Source: an uncultured bacterium
Lineage (GTDB): Bacteria; Eisenbacteria; RBG-16-71-46; CAIMUX01; WJJG01
DNA: 64,000 bases
Reading direction: 5' to 3'
NCBI GenBank assembly: GCA_964482205.1
Contig: CAYZWI010000003.1
Location: 8,969-72,968, forward strand
Shown piece after piece: positions 45,440 through 54,242 of this stretch. Within the stretch, counting starts at the first letter, position 1; every line of letters begins with the position of its first letter. A program made the translations under genes and the position numbers. Below the pieces are notes generated by a model. It made no database searches. It was not told the DNA's origin and was given only the letters and a program-made list of their open reading frames with translations.

Positions 45440-46858
45440 ATGGAACGGGAAGCCGGGCCTGAACAACGCCCTCCCCGCGCTCGCCGAACGGATGACTATC
45501 GCGATTTCGCTCCGGCAGGACGCATCCCGCCGCAAAATCTCGAAGCCGAGCAGGCGGTGATCGCCTCCATGCTGCTCGATCCCGCCGCGATCGACAAGGT
45601 GGAGGAAATCCTCGACGAGAGCGCCTTCTACCGCGACGCGCACCGGCGCGTCTTTCGCGCCATCGGCGTGCTGAGCGCGCGCAACGAATCGGTGGACTTG
45701 ATCACCGTCACCGAGGAACTGCGCCGCGCGGGCGAGCTCGAGTCGATCGGCGGAGCGAGCTTCCTGCAGAGCCTGCTCGACTCGGTGCCTTCCTCGGCGC
45801 ATGTGGAGTTTCACGCGCGCCTGGTGCTCGAGAAGGCGGTCCTGCGCCGCATGATCACGACTTCGGCGGAGATCATCGAGAAGAGCTACGCGGCCGCGGA
45901 GCCGTGGACCTCGATCCTCGACTCGGCCGAGCAGATGCTCTTCTCGATCGGACAGACGCGGCTGAAGAAAGAGTTCGTGCCGCTGAAGGAAATCCTGCGG
46001 CGCACCTTCGAGATCATCGAGGAGCTCTACGAGAACAAGCGCGCGGTCACCGGCGTGCCCACCGGATACGAGCTCCTCGACCGCCTGACCTCGGGTTTGC
46101 AGCGCTCGGACTTGATCGTGATCGCGGGGCGCCCTTCGATGGGCAAGACGAGCCTGATGCTGAACATCGCCGAGAGTGTGGCGATCGACAGCAAGATCCC
46201 CGTCGGCGTCTTCAGCCTCGAGATGTCGCGCGAGCAGGTGGTGCAACGCTTCCTCTGCTCGCGCGCTCGCATTCCCGGCCGCCGCCTGCGCACGGGATTC
46301 CTGAAAGAGAGCGAATGGCCGCACCTGACCCAGGCGGCCGCGCGCTTGAGCGAGGCGCCGATCTTCATCGACGACACTCCCGCGATCGGCTTGATGGAAA
46401 TGCGCGCGAAGGCCCGTCGCCTGAAGTCGCGCTTCGGGCTGGGGCTGCTGTGCGTCGACTACCTGCAGCTCGCGCAAGGGCTGCAGAATCCCGAGAGCCG
46501 CCAGCAGGAGATCTCGCAGATCTCGCAAGGGCTGAAGGCTCTCGCGAAGGAGCTCGAGATCCCGGTGATCGCCGGCTCGCAGCTCTCGCGCGCGGTCGAA
46601 GCTCGCGAGAACAAGCGCCCGATCCTCTCCGACCTGCGCGAATCGGGCGCGATCGAGCAGGACGCGGACCTCGTGATGTTCATTTTCCGCGAGGAGGTCT
46701 ACAAGCCCGACAAGGAAGATGTGAAGGGCCTCGCGGAATTGATCATCGGCAAGCACAGGAACGGCCCCACCGGCATCGTGCCGTTGGTGTTCCTCGGAGA
46801 GTTCACTCGCTTCGAGACGCGCGCGCAGATCGGCGACGAGCTGATTCCCGACGCCTAG
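45440..46858 (+). CDS. dnaB: Replicative DNA helicase (no intein)
   Basis: PPQNLEAEQ, AGRPSMGKT, DYLQL, SQLSR, DLRESGAIEQDAD, KHRNGPTG. Confidence 0.99.
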   Translation: MEREAGPEQRPPRARRTDDYRDFAPAGRIPPQNLEAEQAVIASMLLDPAAIDKVEEILDESAFYRDAHRRVFRAIGVLSARNESVDLITVTEELRRAGELESIGGASFLQSLLDSVPSSAHVEFHARLVLEKAVLRRMITTSAEIIEKSYAAAEPWTSILDSAEQMLFSIGQTRLKKEFVPLKEILRRTFEIIEELYENKRAVTGVPTGYELLDRLTSGLQRSDLIVIAGRPSMGKTSLMLNIAESVAIDSKIPVGVFSLEMSREQVVQRFLCSRARIPGRRLRTGFLKESEWPHLTQAAARLSEAPIFIDDTPAIGLMEMRAKARRLKSRFGLGLLCVDYLQLAQGLQNPESRQQEISQISQGLKALAKELEIPVIAGSQLSRAVEARENKRPILSDLRESGAIEQDADLVMFIFREEVYKPDKEDVKGLAELIIGKHRNGPTGIVPLVFLGEFTRFETRAQIGDELIPDA

Positions 46859-47624
46859 CGACATCCTCGGCCCTCCTGACGGCGGGCACACCCTCATCGC
46901 CCGGCTCGCGAGCGCGATCCGCGCCTCTCGCGCTCTTGTGCGCCTTGCCGTGCGCGGCGAGATCCGCCCAGGTCTTGATCAGCACCAGGATGCACAGGAG
47001 CCCCACCGGCGAGCCGAGCAGGAGCGCAGGGATCGCGCCGAGCACGACCGTGAAGTGCATGACGACGATCCGGCCGTAAGGCTGCATCATCGTCTGCGAC
47101 ATCGAAGCGGCTGCGTACTCCTTCTTGCGCAGGAAGTACTCGATAAAGGAGACGCCGTGGCTTGCCGCCAAGGCGTAGAACGCCCAGTTCGAGCCGGGCG
47201 GGCGCGCGTTCCACACGTATCGAATCACATTCACCAGCAATTCGAGAAACGCGAGCGGGCCGACGCCCCATCCGCCTCCGCCGGGAGAGACGCTATCGAA
47301 TCCGCCGCCGATCCTCAGCAACCCGACCAGGAAAAGCCCGTGCACCGCGCAGAAGCCGCCGAAGTGGAGGCAGAAGAAGGGAATCGCGACGAGCTTGCCC
47401 AACTGCTGAATGGGATGCTCGGTCTTCAAGAGCGCCATCTTGAGCACTTGGTACCCGCCGATGACCAGGTTCTCCGCCCAGTAGAGCAACACGATCGTGG
47501 CGGCGTCCCAATGCAGGAAGAGGACGCCGGCCAGGGGCAGGAGATTCGCGGCGACGAGCGCCGCCGCGGAAAGCGTGAGCGACGGGCGCTCGAAGGCCAA
47601 GAGGCGTTTGACCGGCGCAATCAT
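46803..47624 (-). CDS. DUF6498-type membrane protein
   Basis: NLLPLAGVLFLHW...LLYWAENLVIG, FFCLHFG.FC..HG, PYGRIVVMH recalled as this family; not searched. Confidence 0.75.
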   Translation of the reverse strand: MIAPVKRLLAFERPSLTLSAAALVAANLLPLAGVLFLHWDAATIVLLYWAENLVIGGYQVLKMALLKTEHPIQQLGKLVAIPFFCLHFGGFCAVHGLFLVGLLRIGGGFDSVSPGGGGWGVGPLAFLELLVNVIRYVWNARPPGSNWAFYALAASHGVSFIEYFLRKKEYAAASMSQTMMQPYGRIVVMHFTVVLGAIPALLLGSPVGLLCILVLIKTWADLAAHGKAHKSARGADRAREPGDEGVPAVRRAEDVARRRESARRRSARASRSE

Positions 47625-47696
47625 GCGCAGAGCATGCAGGCCGGCACCCGGTGAGGCGAGGATTTTTTGAGAAGCGCCAGGGACGCGGGCCAGCGT

Positions 47697-48452
47697 TCAG
47701 CCGATCAACCTCACGAGATACTCGATCATCTTCTCCAGGTAGATGCGGCCCTTCTCCGGCGACGCTTTCGCCGGGTCCCCGAGCACGCCGTTTTGCGTCA
47801 GCGCGGGCATGCCTTGCTCGAACACGAGCGCGATCTCCTCGTCTTCCATCTTCCCCAGGTAGCCGGGCGCGAATCGTTCGCGCACGACCAGCTCCGGTTC
47901 GAGCGCCAGCATGAGCGAGGTCTCGTTCTCGCCCGCGTGCATGCCTGCTTCCTCGGGAGTGACGCCGAATTCGCCGCCCACCCGGTCGAGCATCTCGCTC
48001 ATTCCGTCCAGATCCGTGCAGGCGAGAATCGCGATTTCCGGGTGCGCCGCGCGCGCCTCGCCGGCCGCTTCGGCGAGCGGCGCGAAATTGCCGCCATGGC
48101 TGGGCAGGAAGACGATCCGCGTGAAACCGTCCCGCACGAGGCTGTCGACATAGTCGCGCACGATCATCTTGAGCGTCTCGGGCCGCAGCGAAAGGGTCGC
48201 GCCGAAGGCGAGGTGATGCGCCGAGACCCCGATGGGAATCGTATGCGCGAGGAGCGCGTGCCCCAACCGGAGCGCGACACCGTGAGCGACCGCATCGCCG
48301 ATGCGGGTGTCCGTCATGGCCGGCAGGTGCGGACCGTGCTGCTCCATCGAACCCACCCCGACGACGACCGTCGTGTAGCCCTCGTCGATCGCGGCCCGCA
48401 CGTCGGGCCAGTTCATCTCCTCCATGCGGATCGTCTTCCTGTTCGGGCTCAC
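47697..48452 (-). CDS. Creatininase/creatinine amidohydrolase family protein
   Basis: GSMEQHGPHLP..TD, SHGGN, HAGENETS motifs; GTG 48452 with SD (alternative ATG 48425). Confidence 0.93.
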   Translation of the reverse strand: MSPNRKTIRMEEMNWPDVRAAIDEGYTTVVVGVGSMEQHGPHLPAMTDTRIGDAVAHGVALRLGHALLAHTIPIGVSAHHLAFGATLSLRPETLKMIVRDYVDSLVRDGFTRIVFLPSHGGNFAPLAEAAGEARAAHPEIAILACTDLDGMSEMLDRVGGEFGVTPEEAGMHAGENETSLMLALEPELVVRERFAPGYLGKMEDEEIALVFEQGMPALTQNGVLGDPAKASPEKGRIYLEKMIEYLVRLIG

Positions 48453-48472
48453 GATTCCTGCTCCTCTCGTTT

Positions 48473-48572
48473 GCATCCACCCGCATCCACGCATCCCGGC
48501 CCCATCCATCGCTTCCAGCAGCATCCAGCAGTATCCAGTCATCCAGCTACAACCAGCCATCCAGCCGCATCT
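48473..48572. repeat. Degenerate ~9-10 bp periodic array of CATCC(A) (GGATG on the minus strand), about 11 units
   Basis: Cores start at about 48474, 484, 492, 503, 512, 522, 532, 540, 550, 558, 568; seven are exact CATCC. Confidence 0.85.
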
Positions 48573-48599
48573 TCCGAAAATGCTCCCCCTTTGGAAAGC

Positions 48600-48608
48600 T
48601 GATATGCT
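48600..48608 (+). promoter_or_regulatory. Extended -10 promoter (TGnTATGCT) for the M14 peptidase
   Basis: TGATATGCT about 80 bp upstream of the ORF start. Confidence 0.5.
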
Positions 48609-48689
48609 GGCGCGCATCAGCCGCTCATCGAGGACTCTCCATCCGAGCGGCACAAACCCGCGCAGGAAATTGAAAGGAAGCGCGTTCGA

Positions 48690-50609
48690 ATGTCCATTCG
48701 ATGGTCGCGTCAACTGCGGTCCGAGAGCGATCTTCTAGCGGGCCGCGAATCCTCCTTCTTCGCCGCCTCATTCGGCACCCTATTCGACGCCCTCTTCGCC
48801 GCGCTCGTTTTCTTCTGCCTCATCCCGTGCGCGGATTTCTCACGCGCGGAGGGGCGCGATCTGGCCGGCCAGCCGCCCGAATCGGCACTTTCGGCGGGCG
48901 ATCCGGGGCCGACGCCGGCCGAGGTCACGGGCCTGGCCTGCTCGCCGACCTATGACGAAACGCTCGACTACCTGCGGAAGGTCGCGGACACCTGCAGCCA
49001 TGTTGAAGTCTCGAGCTTCGGGGTGAGCCAGGAAGGCCGGCCGCTTCCGCTCGTGCTGGTCCGTGACCGGGCGCAGTTGACGACCGACGGCAGCCGCATC
49101 AAGCCGGTCGTGCTCATCATCGCCGGGATCCACTCGGGCGAGATCGACGGCAACGACGCCGTGCAACTTCTGCTGCGCGACATCGCGCGCGGACGCGAAC
49201 CGGACATCCTCGCGAATCTCGATCTCCTGATCGTGCCGATCTTCAATGTCGACGGCCACGCGCGCCGCAGCCCTCATCATCGCTTCACGCAAGTCGGCCC
49301 GGCCAACGGCTTCGGCACGCGCAGGAATGCGCAGCGCCTCGACTTGAACCGCGACTTCACCAAGCTCGCATCGCCCGAGTGCCGGGCGCTGGTCCGCCTG
49401 GCTTCGCAATTCCAGCCGGACATCTTTCTCGATCTGCACACCAACGACGGATTCGACTATCAGTACGATCTGCTCTTCGGCGGCTTCCCCGATCCGACGC
49501 TCCCCGGCCGCCGCGACGAGCTCGTGCGCGAGCGGCTCGTGCCGTTCGTCGTGCAGGCGATGGCAGCGGAAGGAGTGTTGGCGCACCCGCTCGCCTATCC
49601 GCGCAACGAGCTGGATCTCACCGCAGGGCTCGCGACCTACGGCATCGCCCCGCATCTGGCGACCGGTTACTTCGAGACCCGCCAGGCGATCAGCATGCTC
49701 TCCGAGTCGCATCCGTACATTCCGTATCCCCGCCGAGTGCGCGCGACCTTCGAATTCGTCAAAGCCGTGCTGCACTTCGCCGCGCGCAACCGGATCGAGA
49801 TCGTCGAGACGATCGGGCAGGCGCGCCGGACCGCGCTTTCCTGGGCGCTCGAGCCGGGCCGGCACGCGATCGCACTCGGATGTGAGGCCGACCCCGAGCG
49901 CTCGCATCCGATTCTCTGGCTCGGCAAGGCGATGCAAGTGGTGAAGAGCCCGGTCACGGGCAGCAGCTACGCGAAGTACGCGCAAACGCCGGTCACCTAC
50001 GAAGTGCCCTTCTTCGACCGGCTCGTCCCCAAAGGCACCGCCGACATGCCGCGCGGTTACCTGATCGAGAAGGCCTGGGGAGATGTGGCCGCGCGCCTGC
50101 GCGACCATTGCATCCGGGTGGAGACGCTGCGCGAGCCGTTTGCGGGTGAAGTCGAGGTCCATCGCGTGACCCAGGTGGAATTCTATCGCGCTCCGCGCCA
50201 GGGCCATCATCCGATCGAATCGATCGAGTTCGCCGTCACCACCGAGCGGCGCACATTTCCCGAAGGCAGCTATTGGGTGCCGCTCGATCAACCGGCGGGA
50301 CTCACCGCCATGCAGCTACTCGAGCCGCGCGCGCCGGAAGGCTATCTGGTGTGGAACGCCTTCGACACGATCTTCGAGCGCGGGATCATCACCGAGCCAT
50401 GGGCGCTCGAGGAGAATGCGCTGCGGATGCTCGCCGATCCGGCCACGCGGGCGGATTACGAAGCGGCGCTGCGGGACTCCGCCTTCGCCGTCGACGCGAA
50501 CGCGCGCTTGGAGTTCTTCTTCGCGCGCACGCCGTATGACGAAGAGGAACAGAACCTCTATCCGGTGTTTCGTCTCATGCAGGCGGAAGGCCCCGTCACG
50601 GGAGAGTGA
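48690..50609 (+). CDS. Exported M14 family zinc carboxypeptidase-like protein (start uncertain)
   Basis: GIHSGE, NVDG, RRN...DLNRDF, FLDLH; N-terminal hydrophobic segment. Confidence 0.9.
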   Translation: MSIRWSRQLRSESDLLAGRESSFFAASFGTLFDALFAALVFFCLIPCADFSRAEGRDLAGQPPESALSAGDPGPTPAEVTGLACSPTYDETLDYLRKVADTCSHVEVSSFGVSQEGRPLPLVLVRDRAQLTTDGSRIKPVVLIIAGIHSGEIDGNDAVQLLLRDIARGREPDILANLDLLIVPIFNVDGHARRSPHHRFTQVGPANGFGTRRNAQRLDLNRDFTKLASPECRALVRLASQFQPDIFLDLHTNDGFDYQYDLLFGGFPDPTLPGRRDELVRERLVPFVVQAMAAEGVLAHPLAYPRNELDLTAGLATYGIAPHLATGYFETRQAISMLSESHPYIPYPRRVRATFEFVKAVLHFAARNRIEIVETIGQARRTALSWALEPGRHAIALGCEADPERSHPILWLGKAMQVVKSPVTGSSYAKYAQTPVTYEVPFFDRLVPKGTADMPRGYLIEKAWGDVAARLRDHCIRVETLREPFAGEVEVHRVTQVEFYRAPRQGHHPIESIEFAVTTERRTFPEGSYWVPLDQPAGLTAMQLLEPRAPEGYLVWNAFDTIFERGIITEPWALEENALRMLADPATRADYEAALRDSAFAVDANARLEFFFARTPYDEEEQNLYPVFRLMQAEGPVTGE

Positions 50610-50694
50610 TCTTTTCCCGTCTCGCGGCGCTCACCTCAAAGCCGATTGATCGCGCCGCGCTTTGCCTACAGCCAAGTGATCGCGCAGCCTCCGC

Positions 50695-51798
50695 CTACAG
50701 TCCAAGAATCTCGCGATAGACGGCGAGAGTCCCCTCCACCATCGCCTGCGCGCTGAACTTCCGTTCGACCGTGCCCCGCGCGTTCTCGGCCAGCCGGCCC
50801 GCAAGCGCGCGATCCTCGATCAACAAGACAATCGCCTTGGCCAGCGAGGCGGGATCCCGCAGAGGGACCAGGATCCCGTCCTGTCCGTCGGTCACGACCT
50901 CCGGAATCCCTCCCGCGCGCGTGGCGACGATCGGCCGGCGCGCCGCCATCGCATCCATGAGCGATGTGCAGAGGCCTTCCATGCGCGAAGACATGACGAA
51001 GAGGTCGAGCGCCTTCAAGAGTCCCGGCACATCGTTCCGAAATCCGGCGAAGACGACCGCCTGGCCGATGCCGAGCCGCTTCGCCTGCGCGGCGAGGCTC
51101 TCGCGCAACTCGCCGTCGCCGACGAAGACGAGCCGCGCTTCGCGATGCTTCTCGAGCACGAGCGCCATCGCGTCGACGAGATCGCATTGGCCTTTGTGAT
51201 CGGCGAAGTGGGCGACATTGCCGATCACGAACGCGCTCGCCTCGAGACCGAATTCCGAGCGGAGGTCGACCACCGCCGCTTCGTCGATCGGAGCGATGTC
51301 GATTCCCGAGTGGACGAGCGAGATCCTGCCCGGATCCACGCCGCCCGCAATCAGCACCGAACGCACCGCCTCGGAGATGGCGAGAATGCGGCTCACGCGT
51401 GTGCCGTACTTCCACGCGCCTCGCACCGGAAAGTCCACCCGGCGCGCGATGACGACCCGGGCCCGGCAGACCTTCGCCGCGAGCAGCGCCAGCGCGCCCG
51501 CATGCGCGGTGTGCGCATGCAGAATGCGGGCGGATCGCCGGCGCGCGAGGCGCCCGATGCGCATGGCGGCGAGGAGATCCGCCTCTCCGCGCATGCGAAT
51601 GGCCGCGGTCTCGACCCCCGCGGCGCGCGCCTTCTCGACGAAGGGACTGCCCGGTTGACCGACGGCGATCGGCGTCCCTCCGGCGCGCTGCAGCCCGCGG
51701 ATCAGATGCAACGCCTGCGCCTCGCCTCCGCGCCAGGTGCGCTCGGTGTCGATGTGGATCGTGACCAGATTCATGAAAGACTCTTCGTCAGATTCCAT
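50695..51798 (-). CDS. GT4 family glycosyltransferase (alternative start ATG 51774)
   Basis: WRGGEAQ, HAHT, AISEAV, GFRNDV, SSRMEGLCTSLMDAM, GGIPEVV. Confidence 0.93.
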   Translation of the reverse strand: MESDEESFMNLVTIHIDTERTWRGGEAQALHLIRGLQRAGGTPIAVGQPGSPFVEKARAAGVETAAIRMRGEADLLAAMRIGRLARRRSARILHAHTAHAGALALLAAKVCRARVVIARRVDFPVRGAWKYGTRVSRILAISEAVRSVLIAGGVDPGRISLVHSGIDIAPIDEAAVVDLRSEFGLEASAFVIGNVAHFADHKGQCDLVDAMALVLEKHREARLVFVGDGELRESLAAQAKRLGIGQAVVFAGFRNDVPGLLKALDLFVMSSRMEGLCTSLMDAMAARRPIVATRAGGIPEVVTDGQDGILVPLRDPASLAKAIVLLIEDRALAGRLAENARGTVERKFSAQAMVEGTLAVYREILGL

Positions 51799-51831
51799 GC
51801 GATCGCATCGGATGGCGGTGACCCCGGAACA

Positions 51832-52296
51832 TCAGGGCAGCATCTTCGCAGGGTGAGCTTCTCCATTCCCGCTCACCCACAGGCTGTCTTCGAGAGTCGA
51901 TCCGCCCGGTTGATGCACCGTGATTCGAAACCACCCCTCATTCAGACCGTGCAAACAATACTGCTCCCCATCCAACAGGACGACCACGGGCGCTCCAAAC
52001 CAGTCACGATCATTCCATCGCTTTGCGCCCCATGCGGTGATCCACAGATCGCAGCTATCTCTCTGGGCATCGAAGCCCGCAAAACGAAAGGCGCTGCTTC
52101 CGCCGATGTACCCGTAGAACACAATGCAGAGCGTATCGCTGATGGCGACTTGCTCCGGCACACCGATGCTGTCGACGGGGATGATGAATCGCTCCTCATG
52201 CCATCGTGACTCATCGCACCCGACGCATTCGGCGAATGCGATTCCTACGAGGAACCATCCCAGAACGGTCTGGCGCCAGGGTCGCGTGGCTCGCAT
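51832..52296 (-). CDS. Small hypothetical lipoprotein with atypical, lower-GC composition
   Basis: SD GGAGGAG, ATG 52296, lipobox-like CVG-C; 154 aa. Confidence 0.65.
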   Translation of the reverse strand: MRATRPWRQTVLGWFLVGIAFAECVGCDESRWHEERFIIPVDSIGVPEQVAISDTLCIVFYGYIGGSSAFRFAGFDAQRDSCDLWITAWGAKRWNDRDWFGAPVVVLLDGEQYCLHGLNEGWFRITVHQPGGSTLEDSLWVSGNGEAHPAKMLP

Positions 52297-52337
52297 GTCT
52301 CCTCCGCCAGTACCTCTTGCGCTGAGACCCGCCCAAT

Positions 52338-54242
52338 TCACCCCCCGGCGCTGATCATGCACCGCAGCGTCGTGTCGCTTTCCCAATCCGCTTCCTTCTC
52401 TTCCAAGTATCCGGATTCTCGATTCACGGAAACAGCGTCCTTCCTCCAGGTCCACGCCGCTTGCACACCCGCCCACAAGAGCGGACCGTAGCGGAAGCGC
52501 GCCTCGCCCTGCACTCGCCAGGAGCTGCGCGCGTCGTCCAGCGACCAGGCGTTCACCTCGCCGCAATCTTCATTCGTGACGGGATCGCAGCCGGTGGACT
52601 CGGGCAACCAGGGACGGCCGATCGCGCCGTTGCCCTTGCGCGTGTGAAGCGCGCTGCTTCCGAAATTCCACGAGACCGACGGCGCCACGCTCGCGCGCAG
52701 GAGCAGCGCTTCCACATCGGGCCCGCGCGCATATCCCAGCGCGCGGCCCTGATGCTCCCAATCGCACCGGCAGACATCCTGGTAGTAGACCGAGTAGGTG
52801 AAGTCCGAAATGCGCGCGTACTCGCCCGCGAGTGTCCAGTCCCAACCGCGCCATCGAGGAGCGTAGCTGAATCCCACCTGGCCGCCCATGCGCGTGGGCA
52901 TCGACGCAGACTGCGTCGCGATGTCGTCGGCCAGGATGGAGCCGTAGATCAAGAGACCCGGGCGCGCGCGCCAGGAGAGATCGGCGCTCCAGAGCACATT
53001 GTTGCGCAGGAAATTCTCGGTGGAATCGGAAGGTTCATCCTGCATCTCGAGGCGCTCGACCAGCGTGTACGGGACGAAGCCCGCAAGATAGAGCAGCCCC
53101 GGCTGATCGGCCTGATAGCGCGCGCCTTCGGCGAGCGAAAGCGCGAGGTCGGGCGTGATCGTCCACTGCAGGCGATGAGCGGAGAGATAGCGGTTCGCGC
53201 CGGGATTCGTGTTCGCCCCGGCGAGCGAAGCGTGACGATCCGTGATGCCGGTGAGAGCTAGGAAGCGCAATCGCTCTCCCAGGCGAATCTGGTATTCCGC
53301 GAAATCGAGCGGCTGCGCCGACTCCGCCAGCAGCAGCGCGCCGCTCGCCCCCATGCCCCATTGGTGCCGGTCGCGTCCCAGCCGCAGCCGGAGCGCACCG
53401 AGGCGCGCGGAGAGGGTGAGCTCGTCGGCGTGCAGGATGAAGTCGGTGTTCTCGACGAGCGGATCGGCGAAGGTGCGGCCGCGCTCGATTTCGGCCGCGA
53501 ACATGCTTCCTTGCACGACGAGCGATCGACCGGCGAAGAATGCAGCGCGGATTCCGAAACGGGAGGAGTCCGTCCACGCGGGCTCCTCGCCCGTTTGAAA
53601 GCGAGGCATCGCGCGCGCATAGGGAGTGACGAGCAGCAGGCGATCGTTTGCCCGGGCGAGAAGGATGGAGCCCGGGCGATGCGGCCACGCGGTCGCCTGC
53701 GTTCCGCCTGCCTGCCTCGCGCTCGCGTGCGCCTCACCTATCGGCGTCCCGCTCATCTGCGAAGCGCTCACCCACGCCGAATCCCAGCGAAGCATTTGGC
53801 GTAGGGTTGTTCGCGCGTGGCTTTCGCTTGTGCCGCGCACTGCATCCGCACTGCCCGATGCGCTCGCCTCCAGCCAGGCGGCCAGCTCGCCTCGATCGAC
53901 CGGGCGGAAGTCGCGCGCCTCGAAGGGCAGCTCGCCGCGCGCTACCAACCGCTCGATCTCGTCCTCGACCGCGCTCCAGGGCGACAGCGGCTCGGGAGGA
54001 ATGCGTTGCTCGAGATCCGCGAGCGAGAAAGAAACGGCCTCCTTGCGACCGCTGTGCGCATTCGACAGCGAATCGCTCGGGGTGGCCGCGACTGCTTCCG
54101 CGAGAGAACCAAGCGCAAAGGCGGCCGCGCAGGCGCATGGGACGGCAAGGCGCGCGATCCTGGCCGCGCGCACGGTTGGCTGCCACCGCTTTCCTTTGGA
54201 ACTTGCCACGCTCGCTTGCTTTGCTTCCGCCCGGCCGCTCAC
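52338..54242 (-). CDS. Capsule-assembly Wzi-like outer-membrane beta-barrel protein
   Basis: LGRDRHQWG....LLL, RYLSAHRL, NNVLW, EYAR...Y, LGYARGPD pattern; GTG 54242 overlaps the S41 stop (GTGA). Confidence 0.75.
   Translation of the reverse strand: MSGRAEAKQASVASSKGKRWQPTVRAARIARLAVPCACAAAFALGSLAEAVAATPSDSLSNAHSGRKEAVSFSLADLEQRIPPEPLSPWSAVEDEIERLVARGELPFEARDFRPVDRGELAAWLEASASGSADAVRGTSESHARTTLRQMLRWDSAWVSASQMSGTPIGEAHASARQAGGTQATAWPHRPGSILLARANDRLLLVTPYARAMPRFQTGEEPAWTDSSRFGIRAAFFAGRSLVVQGSMFAAEIERGRTFADPLVENTDFILHADELTLSARLGALRLRLGRDRHQWGMGASGALLLAESAQPLDFAEYQIRLGERLRFLALTGITDRHASLAGANTNPGANRYLSAHRLQWTITPDLALSLAEGARYQADQPGLLYLAGFVPYTLVERLEMQDEPSDSTENFLRNNVLWSADLSWRARPGLLIYGSILADDIATQSASMPTRMGGQVGFSYAPRWRGWDWTLAGEYARISDFTYSVYYQDVCRCDWEHQGRALGYARGPDVEALLLRASVAPSVSWNFGSSALHTRKGNGAIGRPWLPESTGCDPVTNEDCGEVNAWSLDDARSSWRVQGEARFRYGPLLWAGVQAAWTWRKDAVSVNRESGYLEEKEADWESDTTLRCMISAGG

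Noticed and set aside
45440-46858. Intein in DnaB (a common host)
   Set aside because: The length (472 aa) and continuous motifs leave no room for an insertion.
48473-48572. CRISPR array or REP element interpretation of the short repeats
   Set aside because: The units are too short, have no unique spacers of 25-45 bp and are not palindromic; there are no cas genes in the window.
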